A stretch of DNA of 64,000 bases from Botryllus schlosseri (taxonomy: Eukaryota): positions 11,532,001 through 11,596,000 of the forward strand of contig CM119374.1 of the NCBI GenBank assembly GCA_051294905.1, in the 5' to 3' direction. Shown in pieces: positions 35,321 through 48,400 of the stretch (position 1 is its first letter; each line of letters starts with the position of its first letter). The notes beneath the pieces were generated by a model. It made no database searches. It was not told the origin of the DNA and saw only the letters and a program-made list of their open reading frames with translations. Made by a program: the position numbers and the translations under genes.

Positions 35321-37847
35321 ATTTCTCCCCGTAGTTCAGTTTATTGAAAAAATTCATCATTTCAATACACCTCAAGACTGCGCTACTACGAAAGATGGGA
35401 AGGTGTCGAAATGAATTGGAGTAGCTTCGAAATCAGATACCCACCTGGCCTAGGTTATGTAAAAAAGGAGGCATGCACATTGAATGAAAAGTAGAAGAAG
35501 CACATATAAAAGGACAGATAAGTGACAAAAAGGTGGCATGTCTCGGAAGGCGAGATAGATATGTCAGGTCGTGACCCGGTAACATAGAGGGCTACCTAGA
35601 CTATTGAGTCAGTAGAAATTGTTTGTTTTTCGATTTGACTTAACAACAACGGCAACTATTTCTTACTAAATACTTACGAAGCAGAAACATCCATTATAGC
35701 ATAATCTCGAAAAAAGTTTTATGATTTACCAACCCTATAACGAAGTCCTGCAAATATATCCGCATTTTTACAAAAATGTGGTATTGAATAAAAAAGATAA
35801 AGGTCATCACTTTGACTTGACTGCCGTCTTACCCGATTTTTCACAAAAATCTGACGTTCGCAGCGTCGGGGGTGGAGTTTTGATCGCATTCTAATACTTT
35901 TTCTAGAAAAGGAGGACTAAATACTCAAAGAAGAGGACATTTAGGCGTCCTCCGAGGACACTTTCAATTTATTGAAGAAATAGTAATAATCCTAATAAAA
36001 GAGGACATATTGTGGCAACCCTATGTAAATATGTATTTGACGCTATCTCTAATCATTCTTTTCTCTCTCCCCTGTTACAATTGCCGTTAGGTGGAGTATG
36101 GTTGAGCTTGTTGCGAAATTTATCCACTCTTTGATTATTATGTTATGGCTTTCCAAGTGTGATCGCTATTCTGTAAAGTTGGTTCTTATTGTGGATTGCG
36201 AGATAATGATATGGAAGTGAAGTGTATTGAACATATGGAATGCCCTCGAAAAGTAGCCAAAAGACCTATTTTATTTCTTCTTTATAGAAAATATCTAACA
36301 GTGTAGATGTGATGAATTGAGGAGCGTTAAGTACACAGCAAAAGAGGTTTCGATTATCACTAATCAACTGCTACCAAAACAAACTAGACCAACCTGTGTC
36401 CAACCCTGAGCTCCTGGAAGAGTTGCAAAAACACTCTATTCAAATTTAATCGAAATAGCATGTCTGGATCGGAGTAAGCCTGCATGGAATCGGTATCCTG
36501 TGCAGTGTGCTCACGCTGTTTAATATTTTAATTATTTTTTATTAAATTACTTGAACTTCAAGTATCATCGCTGTTCACATGTTCTATTAGGCAAAACGTA
36601 CCGAGATTCCAGTAGGGGAGTGAAGAACCCCGATACCCCCTCCCCAATATTCTCGCTCGGATTTTTTAGCCATTTCTGTTTGAACAAGTGATTTACCGTA
36701 TACGTTGATGCTAATTGGTTTGCTGATCTCATGAAGTTTCGTCAGACACTTCTGGAGTTCTAGTTATGAAATGATATAAGAAGTAAAATGGTTGATAACT
36801 TTGAAATTGACTCAAAATTTGACCTCGAGTCACTCGTCATTTACTGTCAATTTTGAGGCCTATGACTCGAGTCATTCGAAAAACAATGTGTAGAATCGCA
36901 TGGTTGCTGGAGGCTAGTGCCGTGTTCATGTGTTACATGAAAGGAATTTGGTTCAAGGTCCACAAAACTGAATGCAAAATGGCGTGCTGCTATATAGCCT
37001 TTCAGGCAGCCTCAGGCAGTGTGCGAAAGCAATTATGTCCTGAACGAATGAATGTATAATTGTATACATTGTATAGGCTTATATAATATGTAGATGTGGA
37101 CTGTGGTCACTGGTCAGTAACAAGGTAGGCCTACTACTTTGGCCTAGCCTAGTAGCTTTTGCGTACTTGCCCTACTTACTCGATGATTGAGGATTTCAGA
37201 CTGCTGCTGCGTCACAGAAATTTTCCATTTTTCACCCTTACTCTAGGTCCAAAATACGTACTTTTTTACTTGGAAATCGCTAATAGTAGAAACATGTGAC
37301 ATTTCTTTACATTCATTTGAGTACCAACAACGTATGCTTTGGCCACCTCTGGTTATATTCGCCTCTAGGGCGGTTCGAGAATAACTTTTTTTCAAATTTT
37401 ACTGGCTATACTTCATACAAGTGTTAGGTTGCCTAAAGAAACTCTGCACAAAAATTTTGGCCCAATTCCAACCTAAAGATGCATTGCTATACAAGAAAAA
37501 AGTTTTAGGTTCATTTAATGAAAATAACTACCGTTTGCAAATTTTACTGGTTACCCCACGAAATTGTTCTGCTGTCCGAAAAAAAATGATTTGGCTCAAT
37601 TCCTTGCTGTAGAAGCGAATGTTGAAAATTTAGGATTGTAAATCATAGTATTTACGGTGCGTAGATCAATGATAAATAATAGAAGAATTTGCGCAAATAC
37701 TACTTTTTCGATTTCAAAATTTTGTACTCAAATAACTTCGCGTCCACAGGTTGGAACTGAGCCTAAAAACATTGTTTTCTTCAGACAATTTAACAACTGA
37801 ATCGGGTAGCTCCAGTAATATTTGAATTTTTTAAATATTCAATATTT

Positions 37848-38754
37848 CAGTGTTGGGATGACTCGATTCATGACTTGACTCGAGTAAGACTCGAGTCACT
37901 TTTTTGTATGACTTGACTTGACTTGAGTCACTTTGCTAAAATGACTTGACTTGACTCGGCGTATCAGAAATATAGATTGACTCGTGACTCGCAGCAAAAT
38001 TCATGAGTCAATTTCAAGTCATCAATGTCGATATAGAAATCACTGTATCTACTATATGTTCGGATTGTTCGCGAAACACTGATGTAAAACGTGAGAACGA
38101 CCAGTCATTCAATGATCGTGCGTTTTATTGAGCCTCCATTGTTCTCTCACAAATAAATTGACCACAAACGAATTGATCGAAGCTTACAGCTTACGTTGTC
38201 GAAAACTTGTAGTAAAGTGAATTAATAGAAAATTTCTATTTCTGTTCTCCGTTCTTACCTGACCTAAACTTCTTGTTTTATTGAAATTGAAATCGAATAT
38301 AGTTTGTACATTCCTCAACCATTGGCGCAGACTCGAAATGTATCATATCAATATGTATAAATGGCTGGCAACTATAAACTGAGAGTATGCAATTACTTAC
38401 GTAGTTTAACAGTTCTACGTATATGTGAGCGATACAGCTCCTTATTTCGTGTATATTTAACTGTACATACGTTGATCGGTGCAGAATCAATGACCACTCG
38501 ATCTGTATATCAGACAGCTATAGAAAAATGCAATGATGTAATCATGCTTCATACCCCGAAAAGGTAACTTGACTTGAAATGTGACTTGACTTGTGACTTG
38601 ACTTGACTTGACTCGAGTCACCTCCAAAAATCAAGTGACTTGACTTGACTCGAGTCACCCTCGAAAATCTATTGACTTGACTTGACTCGAGTCAAAATGT
38701 GCAATGACTCGAAATGACTCGTGACTCGAAGGTAGTGACTTGATCCCAACACTG
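37848..38754. mobile_element. hAT-type MITE (907 bp) upstream of PIAS
   Basis: TIR CAGTGTTGGGAT / ATCCCAACACTG; GACTTGACTCGAGTC subterminal repeats; flanks CAATATTT vs ATATATTT (6/8). Confidence 0.82.
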
Positions 38755-39246
38755 ATATATTTATAAATATTATAAATCCAAAACTTTTTTCTTATATGAC
38801 AATGCTTTTATATATAGGTTGAAGTTGGCCAAAATAGTTGTGCAGCGTGAACTGAACAGCCCTAAATGCACACATCTAAATGTAGAATGTTTTCACAATG
38901 AAAGGCCAAAAATATAATTGACATCACGAGAACACAATGATCAGGACATAATAGCAGCTACGGTACTGCCTTTTTGTGCTGTTGCATGTGCTGGTAAATT
39001 GTGTCGTAACGGGAGCTTGAGATAAGCAAAGCATAGCGAGATTGAGAGACATGGATGAGCTTTATAATTCAAACCCGCAATGGTGGCAAAGAATATGTGG
39101 GCTAATGTCAGCAGTGGAATCAATAATATTTCATTTGTTTAATTTCAGGATTATCAACTTAGAATACTATAGCCTATCAGTAACATTAGTCGAGCACTTA
39201 TTTTCTCAATTTTACTCCAGTGCTGAATGGTCATCGACACGCAGCT

Positions 39247-39477
39247 ATGGCGTCTATTTTGTCTGATGCGGAAGTAGCCGAAATGAAGGTTGGTTTATTT
39301 CTGCGATCGGCGTCGGAATTGTATCAAGTTTGTGTACTTTGACAGCACAAGGTCATGACCTTTCGTGTGTCTGAGCTGCAAATACTCCTCGGTGCGGCCG
39401 GCCGAAACCGGAGTGGCAGAAAGCACGATTTGTTGTCGAGATCCTTGCAGTTGCTGAAAAGTGGAATGTCAGCATCG
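39247..39477 (+). CDS. PIAS: PIAS exons 1-2 (SAP domain), 57-bp intron 39289-39345
   Basis: MASILSDAEVAEMK / HKVMTFRVSELQILLGAAGRNRSGRKHDLLSRSLQLLK. Confidence 0.92.
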
Positions 39478-42400
39478 GTAATATTTTTTATCAGTAATTG
39501 TATTTTAATTGGCTCGATTTTTTCAAAGTACGTTCATGACAGTAGTTCCTTAAGCGGGCACCAGCAAATTTCTGGGCGAGTTGAGTAACGCTGAGGTGAA
39601 AAGGGGACTACAGAAATCAGTGTGGGAAAGCCAATAATTCATATCTCAATTTGTGCACTAAATCTTGTACATATATGACAGTGGGCATGCCATTTGCTGT
39701 CGTTCAAGGCGCATTCAATCTGAAATCGTCACCAACACCTTCCATATAGATGTTCATTTGTATGCGATATTGAGTTTTCTAAATAAGAAACCGCAACCTT
39801 AGCCAGTGAGGCTTGTGCAAACGGACATGATGAATTTTTAAAAACTTACCGTAATGTAACGCGATCAAGGAAAAATTTGAATTATTTGATGCCAAATCTG
39901 AAATGGATAACTTCTATCATGATTTCAGCTTCGTTCGCCCTCTAGTTGCCATGCAATTTCACCAAACGAGCCAAAAATTGCTAATTTTGCCATATTTTAA
40001 TAACCGCTTATGCTAGAAAGCCAGTTTTGGACTTCAAATCTGCAGAAGCAACATGGTTCTATGTTACTTCCATAGAACTTTGTCTTGAAAATGTATAGAA
40101 AAAAACGTAGTGTGGTATTATTTATATTTGTGGAATCACTATGAAAGTGACTTTCACACGATATTTTGGTAAGGTTTTGTTTCCTATATGATCGCTTTTT
40201 TCCTTTTCTCGATGGGATGTTAGGACCAAGCCAAATTTTCAAAACTACCATAATTGATAATTTACCAGTCCATCCCTGTATTCAGTGTCCACTGAATTGA
40301 CCCAGTTTTTTGTCCAAAACCAAGTGATACTGTGCAGCAAATATTCCTTTGTTTTGTATTTGAAGAGTCAAGCTGCTGGCTGTGCAAGCTTTTCTCAGCA
40401 ATACTGATGCCCTAAATCAATTCAGCAAGGTTGATTGATCACACATGTGTTCAGCTCTGAATCTTATTGTTCATGGGGATATGTAACTGACATGACATGA
40501 CATCATTCATGTCAATAGTCCAATTTTGTCTGCAAAATAATCATTAGGGTAATAATCATCCATCTTCATCCCCTGCACTGACCAAATCCAGCAGCACCGT
40601 CATTTATATTGCATTTCAATACGTTTTAGCTTGTGCTGCAAGTACGGGAACTGTATGAGAGGCGATTTCCCCGAAGCAAAACTGTTACGCCCTCGATGAG
40701 ATCCAGTAGAAGTATGCTGTAAGTACAAGTTACTACGTTCTGTTCTAAATTGTCAACACTGACATTTATGCAATAACCTACTCTGTATAGCCTATTCATT
40801 GCTTCTGTGAGGTTAGGCTAAAAGCAGGTCAAGGTAACCAGTGTTGGCACTTAAATGGTAAAAGCATCACCATAAATACTACCCATAAACAAGTAGACGT
40901 ACTTATTTAGGAAGTAGAAGTTCTGAATGGTACTCCAGTAGTTTAGAAAGTAAATTAGTCATCATGGGGCCACAAGTTTTTATTAGTTGATCAGAAGTGG
41001 TTGCCTTCAAACTGGTACTGTGGAATGTGGATCATTGTGATTAACGCAAAACGGCTAATGCACTACAATTTCGGTGTGTATAGTAAGTCGGTATGAAGAA
41101 GTAGATTAGTCCGGAGTTCACTGGAAATGGACATGGACAGTTTAACATGGATATTTGGCGTCCAGTTAGTTCATATTGACTAGCCTATGTCCTGTAACTC
41201 TGCCGTAAGCTACATAAGTAATCAAAATGCGGCCGTGAATAGCAAAAAGGTTGGTCACCCCTTATATTATGCTGTATGTGATGGCTGTAATCATTCAAGG
41301 ATTCAAGATGCCAGCATTTCGAAATGTACTTCAGTTGCAATCAATATAGGGACTCAATCCTATTGAGGCGATTTATGCATATCATTCTTCATGCAGCTGT
41401 CTGTTTAGTCTCAAATATCAATGTTGACTCTAATTTGGTTCTCAATTGACCTGTTCTTTCTGTCCAGAAAAGCAGACTTTGACGGGAATAGCCTTTCCCC
41501 CACGAAATCGAACAAGCCACCGATCCATCCGCAAGTTACTTTTAAAACACTGCCATTTTACGAGGTTTTGAGCGATGTCGTCAAACCTTCAAGTTTGAGT
41601 AAGTTGAGTAAGAATTTTGTTTCTTTGGTTCAAAGACTGTTTTTACTACTACTGTTAGGAATCCAGTCTTGTTTTCATTATCTGCATCAATGCTTCCATC
41701 ACTCATGTTTGACATGATCTACAGCTCTCATATAAACACTCCACAAGCTGGTTCCAATGAAATGCTTGCTACTGTGGAGATTTCATTTCTAATTGTCACA
41801 CTTGATAACCTTACTCGGCAAAATTATACTGTGAATTGAATGAAATTGTTTCCTCGATATGAAAGTGTGCAACTATTCTGTTTCTGAGCTGTCTGTTTTC
41901 TTTTTGATATTGCTAGGATAGTTACCGGTATTTTAATTCCCTCATGCAATTCCTAGTAGATGTGGAATTTGTCTCTACCAGTGCTTATATCTTATTATCA
42001 CTGGTATGTTATCATATCTTACGTAAAGTATCCAAATTCAACGTTCAATATCTCTAGTATGTTGTGAATACTGAACGGGCCTGATCTTGATTATTTTCAA
42101 TTTGCTTTGTATTCTTTGGCATCACCCTCATATTGACACTTAGTACCACAGTGATTGGTCAAGATTTCCTAACATTCTGTAATGGAAGTGATTCGGTTTG
42201 ATTTTTACGCTATTGGTCCTGGTTAAATTGTATTTCTGTCTTTTCGTGAATGTTTATGGTCATCAGCATTCTTGTAATTCCTGTGACGTACAAACAATCT
42301 TCTTCTCTTTTATTATGGGTTTTATTGAGGTTTTGGTGCCAATTATAGCAAAAAGCCATTTAAGCTATTACAACGATGATTACGAATTGCTTTAAAATGT

Positions 42401-45400
42401 CTAGAGGATTTGATAGCAAATTTATGTTTCTATACCTCGGCTACAATTCCTTGGCTGTCACATCGATGCACTTTCAATATCAGTATTAGAATTGTAGAGT
42501 CTTGTAAATGACATGTGACCACCAATGCAAGAGTTTAATATGAGATTTGGTTATTGCGCTGATACCTGTATTGCTGTATGTGTTGGTTGGTATCACTCGT
42601 ATTAGTGAACCATTTTAAACCCACTGAGACTGGGGATCACTGTAATGCCACTGGGCTTTTTGATAATACAAAATATATTGAACTGGCCTGTTAAGAGTGT
42701 TTAATTGTAATCTTATTATGTCACACAATCTAATGTTGCAACAACCATTCCCCTTAATTCTTCTGATATGATAAACACGCTGAATCATGCCCCTTGAAAT
42801 TCATTTTTCATTGTGCAATATTTGAACTGTTATTTATGACATGTGTGATCACTGGTTTATGGTGCATTATGTTGAAGGGAGATTTTTGTTGACCCAACAT
42901 TACTTAACCCTTTTGAAATCGGGTCAGTTTTCGCAAAACTGACCATCACTTTTTAAATTCATACTGTGACCTCAGCAAGACTGAAATCGGGGCTGTTTCA
43001 ATGTAAAAGTGGGCGGACTATATCCCTCTACCGTTTCCGCCCTCGCTCGATACCCAAGACATGTCTAGATTTTTTTTATAAGACTAAATAAACAAATGTT
43101 TTTCTAAAAAATCTCTTGCTCTCTCCCATTATTCAAGACTGACACCCCAGGATAGTGTCAGAGAGTCAAAACTGATGCATCAGTGCGTAGCCGCCGTTGC
43201 CTGGTTTCGAACAAGCCGTCAACCATGGCCGTAACCCGCGCGGCTCGCCAGATATCGAAAAATCAAAAATTCATGAAAAGTTACATATGGGGCGTGGTCA
43301 GTGAGTGGTCATAATGGTCAAGTTCAAGATCAATACCGAATCGAACCTCTACCGCCCAGTTAATGGCATGAAACAACGTGGTATACTTTCTCTTGTCGTA
43401 TCCAACCATTTGCATGCATTGTAAACCAGTTTATGACTCATATTCGGTCACAAAATTGACTATGTGCTTGAAAATCACCGAAGCGTGACCATAATTAACA
43501 AACCCCCTCAGAATACTCCCAAGAACAAGGTTTGATGTTTGGAACGATGAAAAATTACACAGAATACCATACAAGCCGACTTCTGATGTTCTGGCAGAAT
43601 TTCTGACTATATTTCCCACTCGGAAAATATCTGGAAATTTTAGGTGATAACCACTTTTTTCTGCATGCGTATTTTCGGCCGAACTCCTCATGTAAAATCG
43701 TCGGTGCTCGAAAATTGTCATGTCTTATACCTTCAAATTAGGTATCATATAAATCAGAAGATTGCTAGCTTTCCCTACAAACAAAAATGAAGCCTATAGG
43801 ACGTAGACAAATAAAGATAGGGCCAGATGAAGTTGACCGATTCCGTATACGGAATCCGATTTTAAGAGGGTTAACCGACTTTTATCTCCATGGCCTAGTC
43901 ATTCTTGGTGATAGTGTGGCATCATGTGGGAATTAGTATTTGGATTCAGTAATCATACTTTGCAGACAGAGTGTGGTCTACGGAAGAATATTTATAAAGA
44001 TAAGGAGTTCAGCACACTTGAATCATAAGATTAACAATGTCAGCGAATAACTTTGTCATGATGTAATTTATTTTTTCCTGATATGTGAAACTGATCTGCC
44101 GTAATCATTTTTGTCCACATATCGAGCAATCACTATCCGCACCTTTCATATTCAATAAATTGAATGTTGAATACCATGAACAATTTACCTTCGCCGTAAT
44201 CAGTGCGCCGGATCTGCTTCTATTAACTTGCTGAAGTTATTTGTGTCTTCGTTCGAGGCTCGATAGATAATAGTTTCAATAAAGCAGCGGTTCCCATCAC
44301 GTTTTTAAGGCAACCCGTTTAAAAAAAAGAAATTCAATTCAGTAAAAACTTGCGACCCAAACAAATTGTTTTAATATTTTTAGTGATCAAATTTTGACGC
44401 AGAATGAGTTTTCGAACTGAGTACCGATTCTTGAATACGAGCCATGGCGTACTTCCAAGTTTTGTGACCTCTCCACGTTTTCAGTTATATTCGTTATAAA
44501 TTTTGTTTGGTCAATACTGAGAATGGACATTACAGAGAATAATATTACTGAGAATTAACATTACCAAGAAAGACATTATGACTGAGAGTAGTCATTATCG
44601 AGAAAATAATATAAACATCCAATGGCATTTAAAACAATGAAATTCCGATCACTCACGAGATGCATGGTCGGTGGTCACAGCTGTCAAGTAGACCTAGCGC
44701 TAATATGACAGGATTCTATTTCATTTTCCCGAATATTTGAGCTGGACTATCAGTAATAAAATATAATTGAAACACTGGGCGGACGTTACTCTTTCAAGCG
44801 AACGGAATGCTCTCAAAGTTTATTACGATATACAGCTTCAGCCTTGGATATATGATTACCGTATCTGTGAAATCGGGTTCTCACTGGTATGATATTGAGA
44901 CGGGGTCAATGGGAACTCCTGCTTTGTTGTTTTTGCATGTAATTAGGGGTGTAAAACCAGTTACTTTAGACACTGGACTCCATTTGGCTTGTTATCGTAG
45001 CGTACATCAGCCTAGCTAAATCCAATCTGTTTGCTGGTCAAGCCTGTAGCGCTGACGGGAAGGATTCACACCATTATCCACAAGCAGAAGAGCGCGATAT
45101 ATTAAATGTAACTACCTTATTTTAAGTCAGTATTATTATCGATGACGCAAGCTCCATCTTAGAGTTTTGTGTTGAACTTTATTTTTTACTCTCATGGTGA
45201 CAAAACCAGTGACAGTAAATTGAACTTCAAGGAATTTGGATCCCGATGTTGAGATTACCGGAACCCTATGTATGTACATTGTACAATTGTGCATTCGGTG
45301 TCAAGTCTCAAGAATAGATCTCCTTCTTGGTGATGTCTTTCTCGGTACCTAATAAAGGCTACATTCTCGGTATTAGTATGGAACCGAAAAGCTGGATGCT

Positions 45401-48400
45401 GAAGAATTGTAAAATTCTTCGAATGTCACCACTCCTCCATAACAATGCTGATATGTTTGTCGATTTGTTTTTCTAGTAACACGGGCAGGAAGAGATTATA
45501 GCAAGGGCGAGTTTACTTTTACTCTATCTGAAGAACAAGTGCGTGTGCTTACTGATAGCAGAAGAAAAGACCCAGTCAAGAGGTATCAAGTCCAAATCCA
45601 GCTGAGGTAAAGATTTATAGATGTCGGATGTCGGCTTAATGCGGTGGTTCTAAAACTAACCTGTGGAGCACTTTACTAATCTACAAACCTTCGCAGAACC
45701 AAATTCACGCTGTGTCATAGAAAAGGAACCATAATACACATCTAACTACACATCTACTACATTTCTATAGATTACCAGAGTACAAAATAAACTGTGCATC
45801 AGGGTTTTTTAAAAATCATTTATTATAGACAAAGTTAAACAAATTATCAAGTTTTACTATCAAACTTATAAAATTGTGGAGTTTTGTACGAAAATGATGC
45901 AAAACAAATTTATCGCAATGCCAACCCCTAGAATCGAAGTTATTTGAGTTTTTCATTAATAATTCGGCGATGACAAACCGTCCAGGCGATTTTTGCGAAT
46001 CCGAAATTTTCAACTGCAAGAACTTCACTTCTACTGGTTGGAAATAAGCAAAAATTGTTTTACTTGGCTCCTTTAGACAACTTAACAATTTCATGGGGTT
46101 GTGCTGTTGAATTCTCCATGAGCTTCAATCTTCAAGTCTCCAACAAGAACCAGCTATTTAACATAATATGTGTTGCGACCCGTGATTGCATACATGAATT
46201 ATTTGTGTCTCTTCACCGCTCTCGCAGAAGATTTGTTTGTTGGCGTTAGGCAATTTATGAAGAACCTCCAATCTATAATTATACGTTTCCCCTGAGGTTT
46301 CTATTCTTGAGCATCCTTGGGTGCTATTGATCATCACAATGGTATTGCTATTTTAACATAGAACAGGATTATGCTTGGTTACTTCTAATAGTCTTTTTGA
46401 AAGCTTTACCTAACCTTTCTCGCCATATTTACATAATACTGTGTATAGCAAGCGTTCCCAACCTTTTTATGACCCACCTCTAAATTTGGGATACCTACTG
46501 ACAACTAAAAAAGGTCGGCACCTTCACCCAAACCTACTCCCTGTCTTAGTGGGAAGCTGGCTACTGTGTGCACAGTAATAGCAATCAAGTTATGTCTATG
46601 TTAAAACAGATACTTATTAATTCAATTCATGCACAAGGCCGTGTTAGTGAGATGGCCAGTGTTCCATCTTGGCAACAAGGTTGTCCATAATATGTTGTTG
46701 CCAGAGCACACCTTGTTTGTCATTTCCAGCATTGTCACCAGAATGCCAGATAACCATCTGTATGTTATTTGGCCCGGCTGGGCGTGTGAATGTATCTGTT
46801 ACCACATAACGATAGCAGCACAGCACTACTATGTTTAAACTGAAAGAGGGGCCCTGGCTCACTTGAAGTTTTCCTGGAAGAAGAAATTCCAGTTCTATTG
46901 ATTTCTCTGACATAATTGGTATTTAACAGGGTTGTAATGTCTCGACCCTAGTAGCTATTTTTTGGTGACTCGGCTTGACTCGAGTCATTTTCTCAAAATA
47001 CAGAAAATGACTCGACTCGACTAGAGTCAACCTGTGTATTGACTCGACTTGAACTCGAGTCATCGTGCATGACTCGGACCAAGTCATGATAATGACTCCA
47101 GGGATGATGGCCAAGACCGTCATTTCATTGCAATTTCAAAGAATATTAAAGTTACCACACTGTTTGTATTTCGTCTATTAGTACTGGTACTTGGAAATGC
47201 GACCATAAACTGTTGAAAGTGAGGAAAATTGGGATATTATAAATGCGAAGCATTCGATATCTCCAAGCAGTGTTGTAAAAAGTGGGTTGCACAAGACTTC
47301 AACTCGAAACTGAACCGTCAACACAATGACTTGGACTCGGACTCGAATCATTGCACTATGACTCGACCCTCTACTCGCTGACTTGGACACAGACTTGACT
47401 CGATCGTGAAATAGAAATGACCCGACTCAAGTCTAAACTATAAAAGTGAGATTGACCTGTGACTTGGTTACAACCCTGGGTACCTCCTGGGTGTTGCAAC
47501 CTTGATGTTAGAACCCCCCTGGTGCATAGCACCAGTTCTCAACTGGGGCTCCATGGACTACAAGTTCGCTACTTTGTTTATGACTGCCGTTACGTCAATT
47601 AATGTGCTCCAAACTTATATCATACGCCATTCAGGTTTTGTTTACTGGAAACGACGTGCGACCAGAAAGACTTCCTGCCTCCGAACTTGTCCGTCCAAAT
47701 GAACCGCACTCTAATCACGCTACCTCCGTACGTTCCCCCTTCAAAAGCCGGGCTGGAGCCGAAAAGAGCGAACAGGCCGATAGACATCACGCTGGGGTGC
47801 ATTCTCTGCGACGTTTCCAGAAACAAGCTCGAGGTCTCATGGATGGGGGATTTCGGAAAGGTACCGGTAGCTTTTTTCTGTATCTCAATTCTATCGTTGG
47901 TTGGTAAAGCTTGGTTTCTTTAGTTTTATGTTTTATTAAATGAACAGCACACATGTTCAAAGTTACCCGAGTGGGGGCGGGCACAATTATTCTAGTGCTT
48001 GAAGCCGAGTCATGTAGGCTATTGATTTTAATGATTCCAAATTAGCGGTACGTGTCAGTTCTTTTGAGAACTGACTCTATACGCCTCTTGGGATTAAGAA
48101 ATCCTTTTTTCATGGAGAACTATTGTTTCGGTAATTCCTTCACACCACACCATCCAAAATGCATGGTAAAGTACTAAACATGTTCCTAATAACGACATCT
48201 TTGAAACAGCGATGAAACCTGTGGTGTTGTCACAATGTGTCATGTCTAATTTTCTGTAAGTAAAGAACCACTGTCATAGGACTCTCCTAATCAATAGGAA
48301 TATAGCTGGGAATTCAGTGACCGCAACAAGCCATTCTCTTCTCTCGCAGAACTACGCTCTCTGCATCAACGTAGTCCGGCCATTGTCATCCGACATACTC

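Noticed and set aside
37860-38750. GACTTGACTCGAGTC arrays as a CRISPR-like or spacer array
   Set aside because: Short subterminal transposon repeats without unique regular spacers; eukaryotic context and no cas genes.
41105-41164. Frame-preserving 60-nt alternative PIAS exon (LLVRSSLEMDMDSLTWIFGVQ)
   Set aside because: Purine-rich acceptor with no pyrimidine tract and no PIAS similarity; exons 3 and 4 join in phase without it.
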